From: a candidate division WOR-3 bacterium
Lineage (GTDB): Bacteria > Hydrothermota > Tepidihabitantia > SM23-42
DNA length: 64,000 bases
Direction: 5' to 3'
Assembly (NCBI GenBank): GCA_016936155.1
Contig: JAFGPO010000081.1
Span: 5,172 to 69,171 of the forward strand
The notes beneath the pieces were generated by a model. It was given only the letters and a program-made list of their open reading frames with translations, had not been told where the DNA came from and did no database searches. A program made the translations under genes and the position numbers. Below, piece after piece: positions 18,867 to 28,266 of the stretch; within the stretch, counting starts at the first letter, position 1; every line of letters begins with the position of its first letter.

Positions 18867-19093
18867 GGTATCGATCGCACAGAATATCATAAAACATCAT
18901 TAATTTCTTTCGAAATTACGGATGTTATTTTATGTTAATTCGTATAGACTGGGAGTGGTGTGTTTAACCTGAATAGTTTTTATATGCATACGAATCCCTT
19001 ATTTACCCATATTTCATGCAGCAAAGCCAGGACATTATGAATAAAAAAACTATGCATGAAGTAAAAACATATGCATATGGGTTTAGTGCATGG

Positions 19094-20482
19094 TTATGCT
19101 GGTTTGATATTGTATTTACGAACCAAGGCCTGAAGATTCTGCCTTTTCATGCCAACGTCCCGGGCCGCCTGGCTGATATTCCAATTGCTTTTTTTGAGTA
19201 CATTGATGACAAAAGCCCGTTCAATATTCTCAACCGCCGCGGTTCTCATCCTTTTTTTCATTTGTTTCAGTGCTTTGCAATTCTGGGGAACTGATATATT
19301 AAAACACACTCGCTTCCCCTGCAGATCAGCGGGGATTTGACTCTTGTCTATTATCGGACCATCACACATGATCACCATGCGCTCCACTATGTGCTCCAAT
19401 TCCCGTATGTTACCCGGCCAATCATAGTCGAATAGTGTGTTCATTGCCTCCCGTGATACTCCCTGGATCTCCTTGTTCCGTTTTGCATTGTATTTTTTAA
19501 AAAAATGTTGAACGAGCAAAGGAATGTCATCGCGCCGTTCACGGAGCGACGGCAGGCGGATGGGAACGATCTTGAGACGATAATACAAATCTTCCCGGAA
19601 TTCACCGTTCTTTATCATTCGGGCCAGATCTTTGTTCGTTGCTGCAATAAGACGTATATCGACCTTGCTGTTTTTGATACCACCGATAGGTCGGAATTCC
19701 TTTTCCTGCAGTACACGAAGCAGCTTTGCCTGGATCCCCGAACTGAGATCCCCCACCTCGTCAAGAAAGAACGTCCCGCCATCCGCGACTTCCAACAGAC
19801 CACGTTTTGTGACGATCGCACCGGTGAACGATCCTTTTACATGCCCAAACAACTCGCTTTCGAGTAATGTTTCAGGTAACGCCCCACAATCCACGGCGAT
19901 GAATTTCTTTTCCTTGCGCAGTGAATGATAATGGATCGCCTGGGCGATCAATTCCTTTCCCGTACCGCTTTCACCCTGAATTAGTATCGTGGAATCGGTC
20001 GGCGCCACCTTCTCGATAAGCGCGAACACATTCTGCATCTGCTTGCTCTCTCCGATGATGTTGTCGAACTCAATGCGCTCGGTGATCTCTCTTTTTAACC
20101 AAAGGTTTTCCTCCACAAGGCAGGCGCGTGCCAGGACATTTTCAATCCGTAATTGTATTTCATCGGGACGGAACGGTTTTACAATATAATCAGCTGCTCC
20201 TTGTTTCATTGCCTGGACAGCGTTCTCTACTGTCCCATAACCCGTCATGATGACTACGGGCAGTGATGCATTCATTTTGTGAAGGTGAGTCATGACTTCC
20301 AGACCATCCATTTCAGGCATTTTTAGGTCCACTAACGCGCAGTTATATGGTACTTCCTGAGCGCGTTCCAGGGCTGATGATCCGTCTTCAGCAGTATCTA
20401 CGCTATAACCAAGACTATTCAGTAGTTCCTGCAACGAGGTTCTCAGAGAATCATCATCATCAACGACCAGGATCGTGATCAT
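19094..20482 (-). CDS. sigma-54-dependent response regulator (NtrC family: REC - AAA+ - Fis-type HTH)
   Basis: MITILVVDDDDSL. Walker A GESGTGKELIAQAIH. GSFTGA (GAFTGA-type loop). FREDLYYRL. C-terminal HTH NISQAARDVGMKRQNLQALVRKY. The ATG at 20482 is preferred over the TTG at 20518. Confidence 0.9.
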   Translation of the reverse strand: MITILVVDDDDSLRTSLQELLNSLGYSVDTAEDGSSALERAQEVPYNCALVDLKMPEMDGLEVMTHLHKMNASLPVVIMTGYGTVENAVQAMKQGAADYIVKPFRPDEIQLRIENVLARACLVEENLWLKREITERIEFDNIIGESKQMQNVFALIEKVAPTDSTILIQGESGTGKELIAQAIHYHSLRKEKKFIAVDCGALPETLLESELFGHVKGSFTGAIVTKRGLLEVADGGTFFLDEVGDLSSGIQAKLLRVLQEKEFRPIGGIKNSKVDIRLIAATNKDLARMIKNGEFREDLYYRLKIVPIRLPSLRERRDDIPLLVQHFFKKYNAKRNKEIQGVSREAMNTLFDYDWPGNIRELEHIVERMVIMCDGPIIDKSQIPADLQGKRVCFNISVPQNCKALKQMKKRMRTAAVENIERAFVINVLKKSNWNISQAARDVGMKRQNLQALVRKYNIKPA

Positions 20483-20492
20483 AAGCGAATTG

Positions 20493-22418
20493 TCACTGCT
20501 TGTTGCCAATCGGCACAACTGGTAACCGGATGGTAAATGTCGTACCCTGATTCAGTTCGCTCGTTACTTCGATCGTCCCATCGTGATCCTTGATAATACG
20601 ATAGCTAATCGCAAGACCCAAACCCACGCCGTGCGATGTATCCTTGGTCGTAAAGAACGGCTCAAAGACCTTGGACAGGTGTTTCGGATCAATACCTGAG
20701 CCTGTATCCGTGAATTGTATTTCGATATACTTACCATCATGGCTTATGCGTGACGTGATCTGAAGCACGCCTTGCCCACCCATAGATTCGGCTGCATTGA
20801 TTATAATATTCATGAATACTTGTTGGATCTGCATCGGATCGATCTTTATCATGGGCAGATGATCATCAAAATTGCGTTCGATATCAATATTATGAAATAG
20901 CGCCTGATTCTTGACCAACGACAGTGTCGTGGAAATAATATCATTCACCAAGGAATCCTGGATCTCGGGTTTTTTCTGGCGTGAGAATTCGAGCAGACCG
21001 TGTACGATCTTCTTGCACCGCGCAGCTTCATGGCTGATCCTCTCGACGTTCTTACGTGTCTTGCCATCCCCTGGCCTGCCTTTAAGCAATAGATCGCAAT
21101 ACAGAATGATCCCAGTCAAAGGATTATTAATTTCATGCGCCACCCCGGCGGCAAGCTGTCCGATCATTGCTAGTCGTTCGGCTTCCGCGATCTTTTTCTG
21201 GGCGAATTCTTTGATCTTGGCGTCGCGCTCCTTAATCGACTGATTCATAAAATTAAACACATCCACAAGATCGCCGATCTCATCGTTAGATTCGATCTGC
21301 ACGTTGTCAGAGAATTGACCGTCGGCAATATGTTTCGCAACTTTAGCCAGTTTGCTAACCGGCTTGATGATGCTGTTCGCGAGAAAGAAGGATACGGCAA
21401 ACGCAAAGGCGATCCCGAGGATCGTGATCGCCAGAAAGGTAAATACGACATTATTCTGCAAATCAGTAAACTTCTGCTCCAGGATACCCACATACAGGAT
21501 TCCGATGATCTTGCCGTCAATGTTTTTGATCGGTTCGTATGCTGTAATATACCAGTCATTAACGACAAAAGCCCGGGCGATCCAGGGAAGGCCCTGGACA
21601 ATGACCCGGTCATAAACTTCCTGAGAAACCCGGGTACCGATAGCTCGGTTTCCATCCTTTCGATGCACATTCGTGGAGATCCTTAAGTCACCCTGAAAGA
21701 TCGTCGCCGTGCCGATATCCTTACCATGATACTGCTCTCCGTGATATACAAGATCCTTGATCCGATCAACGATCTCATTGCTCTGGTTCAGTAATCGACC
21801 ACCGTATAGAATACCCAATAGTTTCCCATTATCGCTGAAAACCGGTGCCGCTGCTATAATCACCATGCCTGAGGTTTCAACGGTCTCATCCCGGGGACGC
21901 GCTTTTGGTGTTGGAATGATCTCGATGCGCGCTTGTGCTGCCAGCTTAGGACATTCTCTGAAGAGTTTTTCTTCGGGAATGATTTGGGTGAAAACAACTG
22001 GGATTTTGTCCCTTATGGCCTGCGACACGATGTCGTCGTGGATTGTATCACCGTATACGGTTGGATTGCATGTCCGGACGAGAACGATCCCCTGTGCATC
22101 AACAAGAGTCAAGATATCCAAGCGCTCGTTTTCTTTAATCCTCTCAAGTTCCTTCTGCAACAGGACAAGATTATTATTGACCAGCGCGTTTTTCACGAAA
22201 AAACGCACAGTAGTTAATCGGACTACATCCTTGATATTAGCACTTACCTCATTGTACACCTCACGGGCCGAGTTTATGTCGAGACGTACTTTATCCTGTG
22301 CCTGTTTGATGATCCCGTCGCCGATGAGACGCACACCGATGATCATACTGACCACACCACTGATCAGAACGACCAATACCAGGCTTACGATGAACTTTGT
22401 TCGCAACCGGACTTTCAT
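20493..22418 (-). CDS. sensor histidine kinase (TM - Cache-like - TM - HAMP - HisKA - HATPase)
   Basis: 641 aa. GTATIFQGDLRISTNV, RAIGTRVSQEVYDRV, GVAHEINNPLT, DTGSGI, GVGLGLAISYRI. Paralog of 22..2088. Confidence 0.9.
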   Translation of the reverse strand: MKVRLRTKFIVSLVLVVLISGVVSMIIGVRLIGDGIIKQAQDKVRLDINSAREVYNEVSANIKDVVRLTTVRFFVKNALVNNNLVLLQKELERIKENERLDILTLVDAQGIVLVRTCNPTVYGDTIHDDIVSQAIRDKIPVVFTQIIPEEKLFRECPKLAAQARIEIIPTPKARPRDETVETSGMVIIAAAPVFSDNGKLLGILYGGRLLNQSNEIVDRIKDLVYHGEQYHGKDIGTATIFQGDLRISTNVHRKDGNRAIGTRVSQEVYDRVIVQGLPWIARAFVVNDWYITAYEPIKNIDGKIIGILYVGILEQKFTDLQNNVVFTFLAITILGIAFAFAVSFFLANSIIKPVSKLAKVAKHIADGQFSDNVQIESNDEIGDLVDVFNFMNQSIKERDAKIKEFAQKKIAEAERLAMIGQLAAGVAHEINNPLTGIILYCDLLLKGRPGDGKTRKNVERISHEAARCKKIVHGLLEFSRQKKPEIQDSLVNDIISTTLSLVKNQALFHNIDIERNFDDHLPMIKIDPMQIQQVFMNIIINAAESMGGQGVLQITSRISHDGKYIEIQFTDTGSGIDPKHLSKVFEPFFTTKDTSHGVGLGLAISYRIIKDHDGTIEVTSELNQGTTFTIRLPVVPIGNKQ

Positions 22419-22428
22419 TTCCTATACT

Positions 22429-22456
22429 ATGATATCCAGATCACGTGTCGCGTCAA
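22429..22456 (-). promoter_or_regulatory. candidate sigma-70 promoter (TTGACG-N16-TATCAT)
   Basis: The minus strand reads TTGACG (22456-22451), a 16-nt spacer, then TATCAT (22434-22429). It ends 10 nt upstream of the kinase ATG at 22418. Confidence 0.35.
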
Positions 22457-22487
22457 TCATCATAGAAATAACGCACTACGTTTTGTG

Positions 22488-22898
22488 TTAACCGCTACCA
22501 TTCAACGGGCCGATTTTTTTTACCTGCTCAGTAAATTCATTGATAACCTGCTGGAACTTATTGCCCTCCCCGGCAGATACCCATTCTAATTTCAGCCGGT
22601 TCTCATGTATACCGAATTCCCGGAGCATGACTTTTAGTATATGATACCTTCTCAAGGTCTTGTAATTTCCGGATAGGTAGTGGCAATCTCCTGGATGACA
22701 TCCAGTTATTAAAACACCATCCACTCCCTGCTTGAAAGCAGTTAGAACGAACTCGGGATCGATGCGCCCCGAGCACATGGTCCGGATCACCCTGAAATGA
22801 GGAGCCATTTGCAGCCGCGACACACCTGCCAGGTCAGCACCGGCATACGAACACCAGTTACAGCAGAAAACCACGATCGTAGGTTTGTAATCATCCAT
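22488..22898 (-). CDS. mvhD: MvhD family protein
   Basis: FCCNWCSYAGADLAGVSR...MCSGRIDP...ITGCHPGDCHY. ATG at 22898 preceded by AAGGAG with a 5-nt spacer. Confidence 0.9.
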   Translation of the reverse strand: MDDYKPTIVVFCCNWCSYAGADLAGVSRLQMAPHFRVIRTMCSGRIDPEFVLTAFKQGVDGVLITGCHPGDCHYLSGNYKTLRRYHILKVMLREFGIHENRLKLEWVSAGEGNKFQQVINEFTEQVKKIGPLNGSG

Positions 22899-22912
22899 AA
22901 ACACTCCTTACC

Positions 22913-25900
22913 TCACCGTAATGTCTCAATCATTTTCATGATCTGATCCTTGGTAAAACCATACTGTTCCATTGCACCCGACGGACACGCGGCCACGCAT
23001 GTACCGCAGCCTTTACACAGGGCTTCGTTGACATACGAACGACGATGGCCATTTTCCTCAAGGAGCGTGATCGCTTCGTACGGACACAGTGTTTTGCAGA
23101 TCCCGCATCCAGCGCACATATCTTCGTTAACATGTGATATTGCGGCTTCGGCGCGGTATTTCTTATAACTGAGGATCGTCGCGGCACGGGACGCAGCTGC
23201 CTGAGCCTGAGCGATCGTTTCATCGATCGACTTGGGGCTGTGCGCGAGTCCCGCGACGAAAATGCCTTCAGTGGCGAAGTCTACCGGGCGGAGCTTTGCA
23301 TGCGCTTCGAGGAAGAACCGATCGTTGTTCAATGGTATTTTGAGCATCTGAGCCAGACGGTTATTGTCAGACTGAGCCTCGATACCGGTTGACAACACGA
23401 CCAGATCAGCCGGGATCTCAATCTGTTGCTTGAGTATGGGTTCGAAAATCTCAACACTTAGGGTATTGTTATCCTGAATCAGCCGCGGCATGTTCGATCG
23501 ATCATAGCGAATAAAAATAACACCACCCGCCCGCGCCTGACTGTAGAAATCTTCTTTGAATCCATACGTACGCACGTCCCGATACAATACATATATATTA
23601 CAGTCGGGATTGCTTCCCAGAAGTCTAAGCGCGTTTTTAACCGCCTGTGTACAGCACATGCGACTGCAATACGGATGGTCATCATCACGCGACCCAATGC
23701 ATTGAACCATCACCATGGACCTACAGTTCATTGGATTAACTGATGCAGGGCTTTCCGGTGCTGCCAGCGCCTGTTCTAATTCTCGCTGGGTAACAACACG
23801 CTTGTCAACACCGTAGTGGTATTCTTTCGGCTGATATTCTTGGGCGCCGGTCGCAACGATCACCACCCCGTGTCTTAAATCCCTTTCAACATTACCGTGC
23901 ATCTTAATCCGTGTCGTGTAGTTCCCGATAAAGCCGGTTATATCCTTGATCATAACATCAGTAAACACCCTGATTCGCTCTTGCTTTCGGACCCGCGCTA
24001 TCGTTTCCAACAGAAATTGCTGAACGTTCCGTCCTTCAGGCGTATAGAATATATGTTTGAGATGTCCCCCCAGATCCTTATCCTTTTCAATCAGGAACAC
24101 CTCAAAACCCTGTTCTGCGAGGGAAAGACTTGTCGTCATACCAGCGATCCCGCCTCCGATAACCAGGGCGCGCTGGGCTATGTCCACTTCAACGCGCCGT
24201 AATGGCACGAGAAGCCGGGCTTTGGCCACTGCCATACGGACCAAGTCCTTCGCCTTTGCTGTTGCTGCGTCTGGCTGTTCCATATGTATCCAGGAACACT
24301 GATCACGGATATTCGCCATCTCGAATAAGTACGGATTAAGTCCAGCCTCCTGTACTGTTTCACGGAAAAGCGGTTCGTGGGTTCGGGGTGTACATGACGC
24401 AACAACGACGCGATTAAGATCATGTTCCCGGATCATCTGAGTAATACGTTTTTGGGTATCCTGGGAACACGTATAGAGATTACTCTCTACATGGGCAACG
24501 TTCGGGAGTGTCCTGATATACTCGGCTACTTCATCCACTTTAACATAACCACCAATATTAATGCCGCAATGGCATACAAACACGCCGATCCGTGGTTCTT
24601 TCCCGGCAACGTCGATCTCCGGGGGATATTCCCTCGAAGTCATGAGTGTGTGCCGGGCCGGCGCCAACAACTCCATTGCCCGAGCTGCAGCTGCAGAAGC
24701 CTGGGTTACGGTTTCCGGGATATCCTTGGGGCCGGAAAATACGCCACACACAAAAACACCGTCGCGCATTGTATCGACCGGATAAAATTCTGAGGTCCGG
24801 CAAAAACCGTGTTCATTGAGGTTTACGCGCAAACGTTTAGCCAGCTGCCGGGTATTTTGCTTTGGGAACAGCCCGACCGAAAGCACGACCATATCAAATG
24901 TTTCGCGCTGGATCGTGCCGTCTTCGCTTTCATAGATAACAGTAAGATCCTTTGTCTGGGAATCTTCCACGATCTTTGACACACCTGCTCGGACAAAACG
25001 CACCTTATATTCCTGCTGAGCGCGTTCGTAGTAAGCTTCAAATCCTTTACCAAAGGTCCGCATATCCATGAAGAAGATGCTCGCTTCCAGGCTCCCGCGC
25101 GCGTGCTCTTTCGCAATGATCGCTTCTTTGATCGCATATGTGCAGCATACTGATGAACAATAAGAAGCGCCTGACTGTGGATCCCGCGACCCGACACACT
25201 GTATGAACGCGATACGCTGCGGTGCCTTTTTGTCACCGGGTCGAATAACATGTCCTTCAAACGGTCCGGATGCGGATAGGATCCGCTCGAATTCGATCGA
25301 CGTAACGACATTGGCATACCGCCCATAACCGTATTCCTGTTTCCGGCGCGCATCATATTCATCGAATCCGGACGCGAGAATGATGGCGCCGACATTCAGA
25401 TCACGTATTTCACTGGTCATCCAATGATCGATCGCATTGGCCTTGCATGCTGAAGCACAGAGATAGCATGAAGCGCATACACCGCACTCCATACACCGCC
25501 TGGCTTCGCGGATCGCCTCTTCTTCCGAATAATTTATCTCAACTTCATCCCATGACCGTACCCGCGCGATCGGATCGAAAGCACGGATCGGCGTACGCGG
25601 CTGGACCGGGTGTTCACCTTCCGGAGTCATGGCGAGCTCAGGCTTGATCTTCTCACGATTATGCCGTATATCCTCGTTTCGCAAAAAGCGGTTGATCGAT
25701 ATGGCAGCTTCATTGCCATCCGCGATCGCTTCAATGATCGACGCCGGTCCGCGCACGATGTCTCCCCCGGCAAAAATACCGGTGCGACTCGTTTGCAGGG
25801 TAATGGGATCCACATTTAGAGTTTTCCATGCAGTCCATTCCAACTCCTCGAATCCCTGCGTTTTTGATTCCTGACCAACCGCAAGTATCACGGTATCGCC

Positions 25901-27367
25901 GGCGATCGTGCTCACGTCACACTCTTCTTTGAATTGCGGGTTGAACCGGCCTCCCTCATCATAGACCCTCATGCATTCGATGGTTTCCAATCCGCCAATT
26001 TGATCGTCTTTGATCACGATACGGCCCGGACCGAGTAAGCTATGTATATGTATGCCCTCCTGTTCAGCGGCCTGTATTTCCCATTCGTGAGCCGGCATCC
26101 TGTCCTTTGATGTAAGATCCCTGGTTTCAAGACACACGAGGTCAACAGATTCAGCGCCGAGTCTGCGTGCAGTGCGCGCGCAGTCGATCGCTACATTCCC
26201 GCCCCCGATAACAATGACCCTGGTGCCAAAATTCTTCACCTCCACCCCGGCTTTGACCTCCTGTAAGAATGGAATGCCCAGGTGGACACCCGGGTGATCA
26301 ACACCCGCAATCTGCAGGCGCTTTGCACCCTGTACTCCGATCGCAATGAATATCGCTTTGTACCCCTCTTTCTTCAGGCGTTCAAGGGTCGTATCCTTAC
26401 CCACTGAAACATTGCCGCGGAATTCAACCCCAAGATCGATGATACGCTGGGCATCATAAAGAGCAATGTCTTTTGGTAACCGGTATTCCGGGATACACGA
26501 TGTCATCATGCCGCCCGGGATCATGGAACTGTCAAAAACCGTTACAGGATACCCCTGGCACCGGAGTTTCTCAGCGCATGTCAAACCTGCTGGACCGCCG
26601 CCGATTATCGCAATCCGGTCTTCCCGCGTTTCTTCTATCTCAGGCAGAGGGCGGTCACCATGTGCACGTGCCCGATCAGCAACAAACCGCTTGAGGTGCA
26701 TGATCGCCACGGGTTCGTCAACATCACCGCGATTGCATGCTTGCTCGCAGGCATGGTGGCAGACCCGGCCGCAAATAGATGGAAACGGAATAACGCTTCG
26801 GATATAATCGAGCGCTCCGTCGAACTGTCCCTTGGCAATGAACGCTGCATACGCCTGGCCGGACAACCCAGCCGGGCATGCATCCTTGCACGGTGGCATG
26901 CCGCTCTTGTTAATCTTAAATGCATTAGGTACTGCCTGAGGGTAGAGCCGGAAAATCGCCTTGCGCTCGGCAAGACGTTCATCGAATTCATTGGGGATGG
27001 TGATCGGGCATACGCTGACGCAATCCCCGCAACCCGTGCACTTATCCTCGATCACGTAGCGAGCGTCTTTTTTGATGTGGACCGTGAAGTCGCCCGCATC
27101 TCCAGTGACCTGGTCGATCTGCGCATTCGTTATGATCTCGATGTTCGGATGACGGCCGACACTAACAAGCTTGGGAGCAAGAATACACATTGAGCAGTCG
27201 TTCGTTGGGAATGTCTTGTCGAGCTGGGGCATCACGCCACCGATGCTCGGCTCCTTTTCCAGCAGGTATACCTTGAAGCCGGCGTTTGCCAGGTCAAGAG
27301 CGGCCTGAATGCCACCGATTCCTCCCCCGACAACCAATACAGCGCCTACTCTCTTGTTGTTATCCAC
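22913..27367 (-). CDS. giant tandem HdrA with an inserted GltD/NfnB-like NAD(P)H-FAD module (HdrL-like)
   Basis: 1484 aa. GTG start with GAGGAG 5 nt upstream. HdrA N-fragment ([50 protein letters not shown]). GltD-like insert (CKDACPAG, ICGRVCHHACEQAC, IAIIGGGPAGL, VIVIGGGNVAIDCA, IFAGGDIV). The HdrA scaffold then resumes (CMECGVCASC, FIQCVGSRD). A second unit follows (VFVCHCGINI, LVIGGGIAGMTTS, VQCIGSRDDDHPYCSRMCC, CAGCGICKTLCP, CKGCGTCVAACP). Confidence 0.9.
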   Translation of the reverse strand: MDNNKRVGAVLVVGGGIGGIQAALDLANAGFKVYLLEKEPSIGGVMPQLDKTFPTNDCSMCILAPKLVSVGRHPNIEIITNAQIDQVTGDAGDFTVHIKKDARYVIEDKCTGCGDCVSVCPITIPNEFDERLAERKAIFRLYPQAVPNAFKINKSGMPPCKDACPAGLSGQAYAAFIAKGQFDGALDYIRSVIPFPSICGRVCHHACEQACNRGDVDEPVAIMHLKRFVADRARAHGDRPLPEIEETREDRIAIIGGGPAGLTCAEKLRCQGYPVTVFDSSMIPGGMMTSCIPEYRLPKDIALYDAQRIIDLGVEFRGNVSVGKDTTLERLKKEGYKAIFIAIGVQGAKRLQIAGVDHPGVHLGIPFLQEVKAGVEVKNFGTRVIVIGGGNVAIDCARTARRLGAESVDLVCLETRDLTSKDRMPAHEWEIQAAEQEGIHIHSLLGPGRIVIKDDQIGGLETIECMRVYDEGGRFNPQFKEECDVSTIAGDTVILAVGQESKTQGFEELEWTAWKTLNVDPITLQTSRTGIFAGGDIVRGPASIIEAIADGNEAAISINRFLRNEDIRHNREKIKPELAMTPEGEHPVQPRTPIRAFDPIARVRSWDEVEINYSEEEAIREARRCMECGVCASCYLCASACKANAIDHWMTSEIRDLNVGAIILASGFDEYDARRKQEYGYGRYANVVTSIEFERILSASGPFEGHVIRPGDKKAPQRIAFIQCVGSRDPQSGASYCSSVCCTYAIKEAIIAKEHARGSLEASIFFMDMRTFGKGFEAYYERAQQEYKVRFVRAGVSKIVEDSQTKDLTVIYESEDGTIQRETFDMVVLSVGLFPKQNTRQLAKRLRVNLNEHGFCRTSEFYPVDTMRDGVFVCGVFSGPKDIPETVTQASAAAARAMELLAPARHTLMTSREYPPEIDVAGKEPRIGVFVCHCGINIGGYVKVDEVAEYIRTLPNVAHVESNLYTCSQDTQKRITQMIREHDLNRVVVASCTPRTHEPLFRETVQEAGLNPYLFEMANIRDQCSWIHMEQPDAATAKAKDLVRMAVAKARLLVPLRRVEVDIAQRALVIGGGIAGMTTSLSLAEQGFEVFLIEKDKDLGGHLKHIFYTPEGRNVQQFLLETIARVRKQERIRVFTDVMIKDITGFIGNYTTRIKMHGNVERDLRHGVVIVATGAQEYQPKEYHYGVDKRVVTQRELEQALAAPESPASVNPMNCRSMVMVQCIGSRDDDHPYCSRMCCTQAVKNALRLLGSNPDCNIYVLYRDVRTYGFKEDFYSQARAGGVIFIRYDRSNMPRLIQDNNTLSVEIFEPILKQQIEIPADLVVLSTGIEAQSDNNRLAQMLKIPLNNDRFFLEAHAKLRPVDFATEGIFVAGLAHSPKSIDETIAQAQAAASRAATILSYKKYRAEAAISHVNEDMCAGCGICKTLCPYEAITLLEENGHRRSYVNEALCKGCGTCVAACPSGAMEQYGFTKDQIMKMIETLR

Positions 27368-27369
27368 GA

Positions 27370-28266
27370 TTACTCCTCGTTGCGCAAGCCGGCTATTTTC
27401 TCAAGCAAGTTCTTTGTTGACACGCGATTCATGCGCAGACCGAGTTTCTTGGTGTCGAGGGAAAGCGCCAGCCCGAGCAGTTGCGGGTAATACAGTACCG
27501 GGATCGAGTATTGCTCTTCGAACCGCTGTTCAATCTTTTTCTGATTATCGTCGTACATCACGCTGCAGAACGGACACATTAAAACCATGGCATCAACAGC
27601 AAGCTGCTTCAGTTCCTGCAGCTTTGGACGCGCCATGGAATACGCAACATCCTGGCTCACTGCGAGCACTCCGGCTCCGCAGCATTTTAATTTCTCCTGG
27701 TAATCGATCGATCGTGCGCCGGTTACCGCGATCAATTCATCGAGCGAATGAGGATTCTCAGGATCCTCGATCCCGCCGTAAATCTCGGATGGTTTGAGAT
27801 AATGGCAACCGTAATGCGGGGCGAATATCAATCCATTGAGCGGCTTAGTCACAAGACGCCGAATCTCATCAACACCGACATCCTCGTAAAGGATCCGTGT
27901 GAAATGTTTGACTCTGATCGGCCTACCCATGCGTGCGGGTATATTCTGTTTACGGAATTGCGCGACGATACGGGCTTTGTCTTCAAAGTTCGTTGCGAGA
28001 TCCCGATTAACCTCGGTCAGTGAGCTTGTACACGCACTGCATAATGTGCATATATTCATTCCCTGTGATTCGGCAAGCAGGATATTACGTGCCGCCATCT
28101 GTACATAGGTATCCCGATGCAGAGATTTCAGTGGATAACCACAGCACTCGAATCCCTCGAGATCGACTAATTCGATTCCGCAGATCGCGGCGATCTCCCG
28201 CGCTGCAAGTTCGTAGTTGCGCCCCCGTCCTAATACCGTACATCCTGGATACAGAGCATATCTCAT
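27370..28266 (-). CDS. hdrB: HdrB-like protein (two CCG domains)
   Basis: 298 aa. FECCGYP...CTLCSAC and HYGCH...LKCCGAG...CPFC. ATGA overlap with hdrC at 28263-28266. Confidence 0.85.
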   Translation of the reverse strand: MRYALYPGCTVLGRGRNYELAAREIAAICGIELVDLEGFECCGYPLKSLHRDTYVQMAARNILLAESQGMNICTLCSACTSSLTEVNRDLATNFEDKARIVAQFRKQNIPARMGRPIRVKHFTRILYEDVGVDEIRRLVTKPLNGLIFAPHYGCHYLKPSEIYGGIEDPENPHSLDELIAVTGARSIDYQEKLKCCGAGVLAVSQDVAYSMARPKLQELKQLAVDAMVLMCPFCSVMYDDNQKKIEQRFEEQYSIPVLYYPQLLGLALSLDTKKLGLRMNRVSTKNLLEKIAGLRNEE

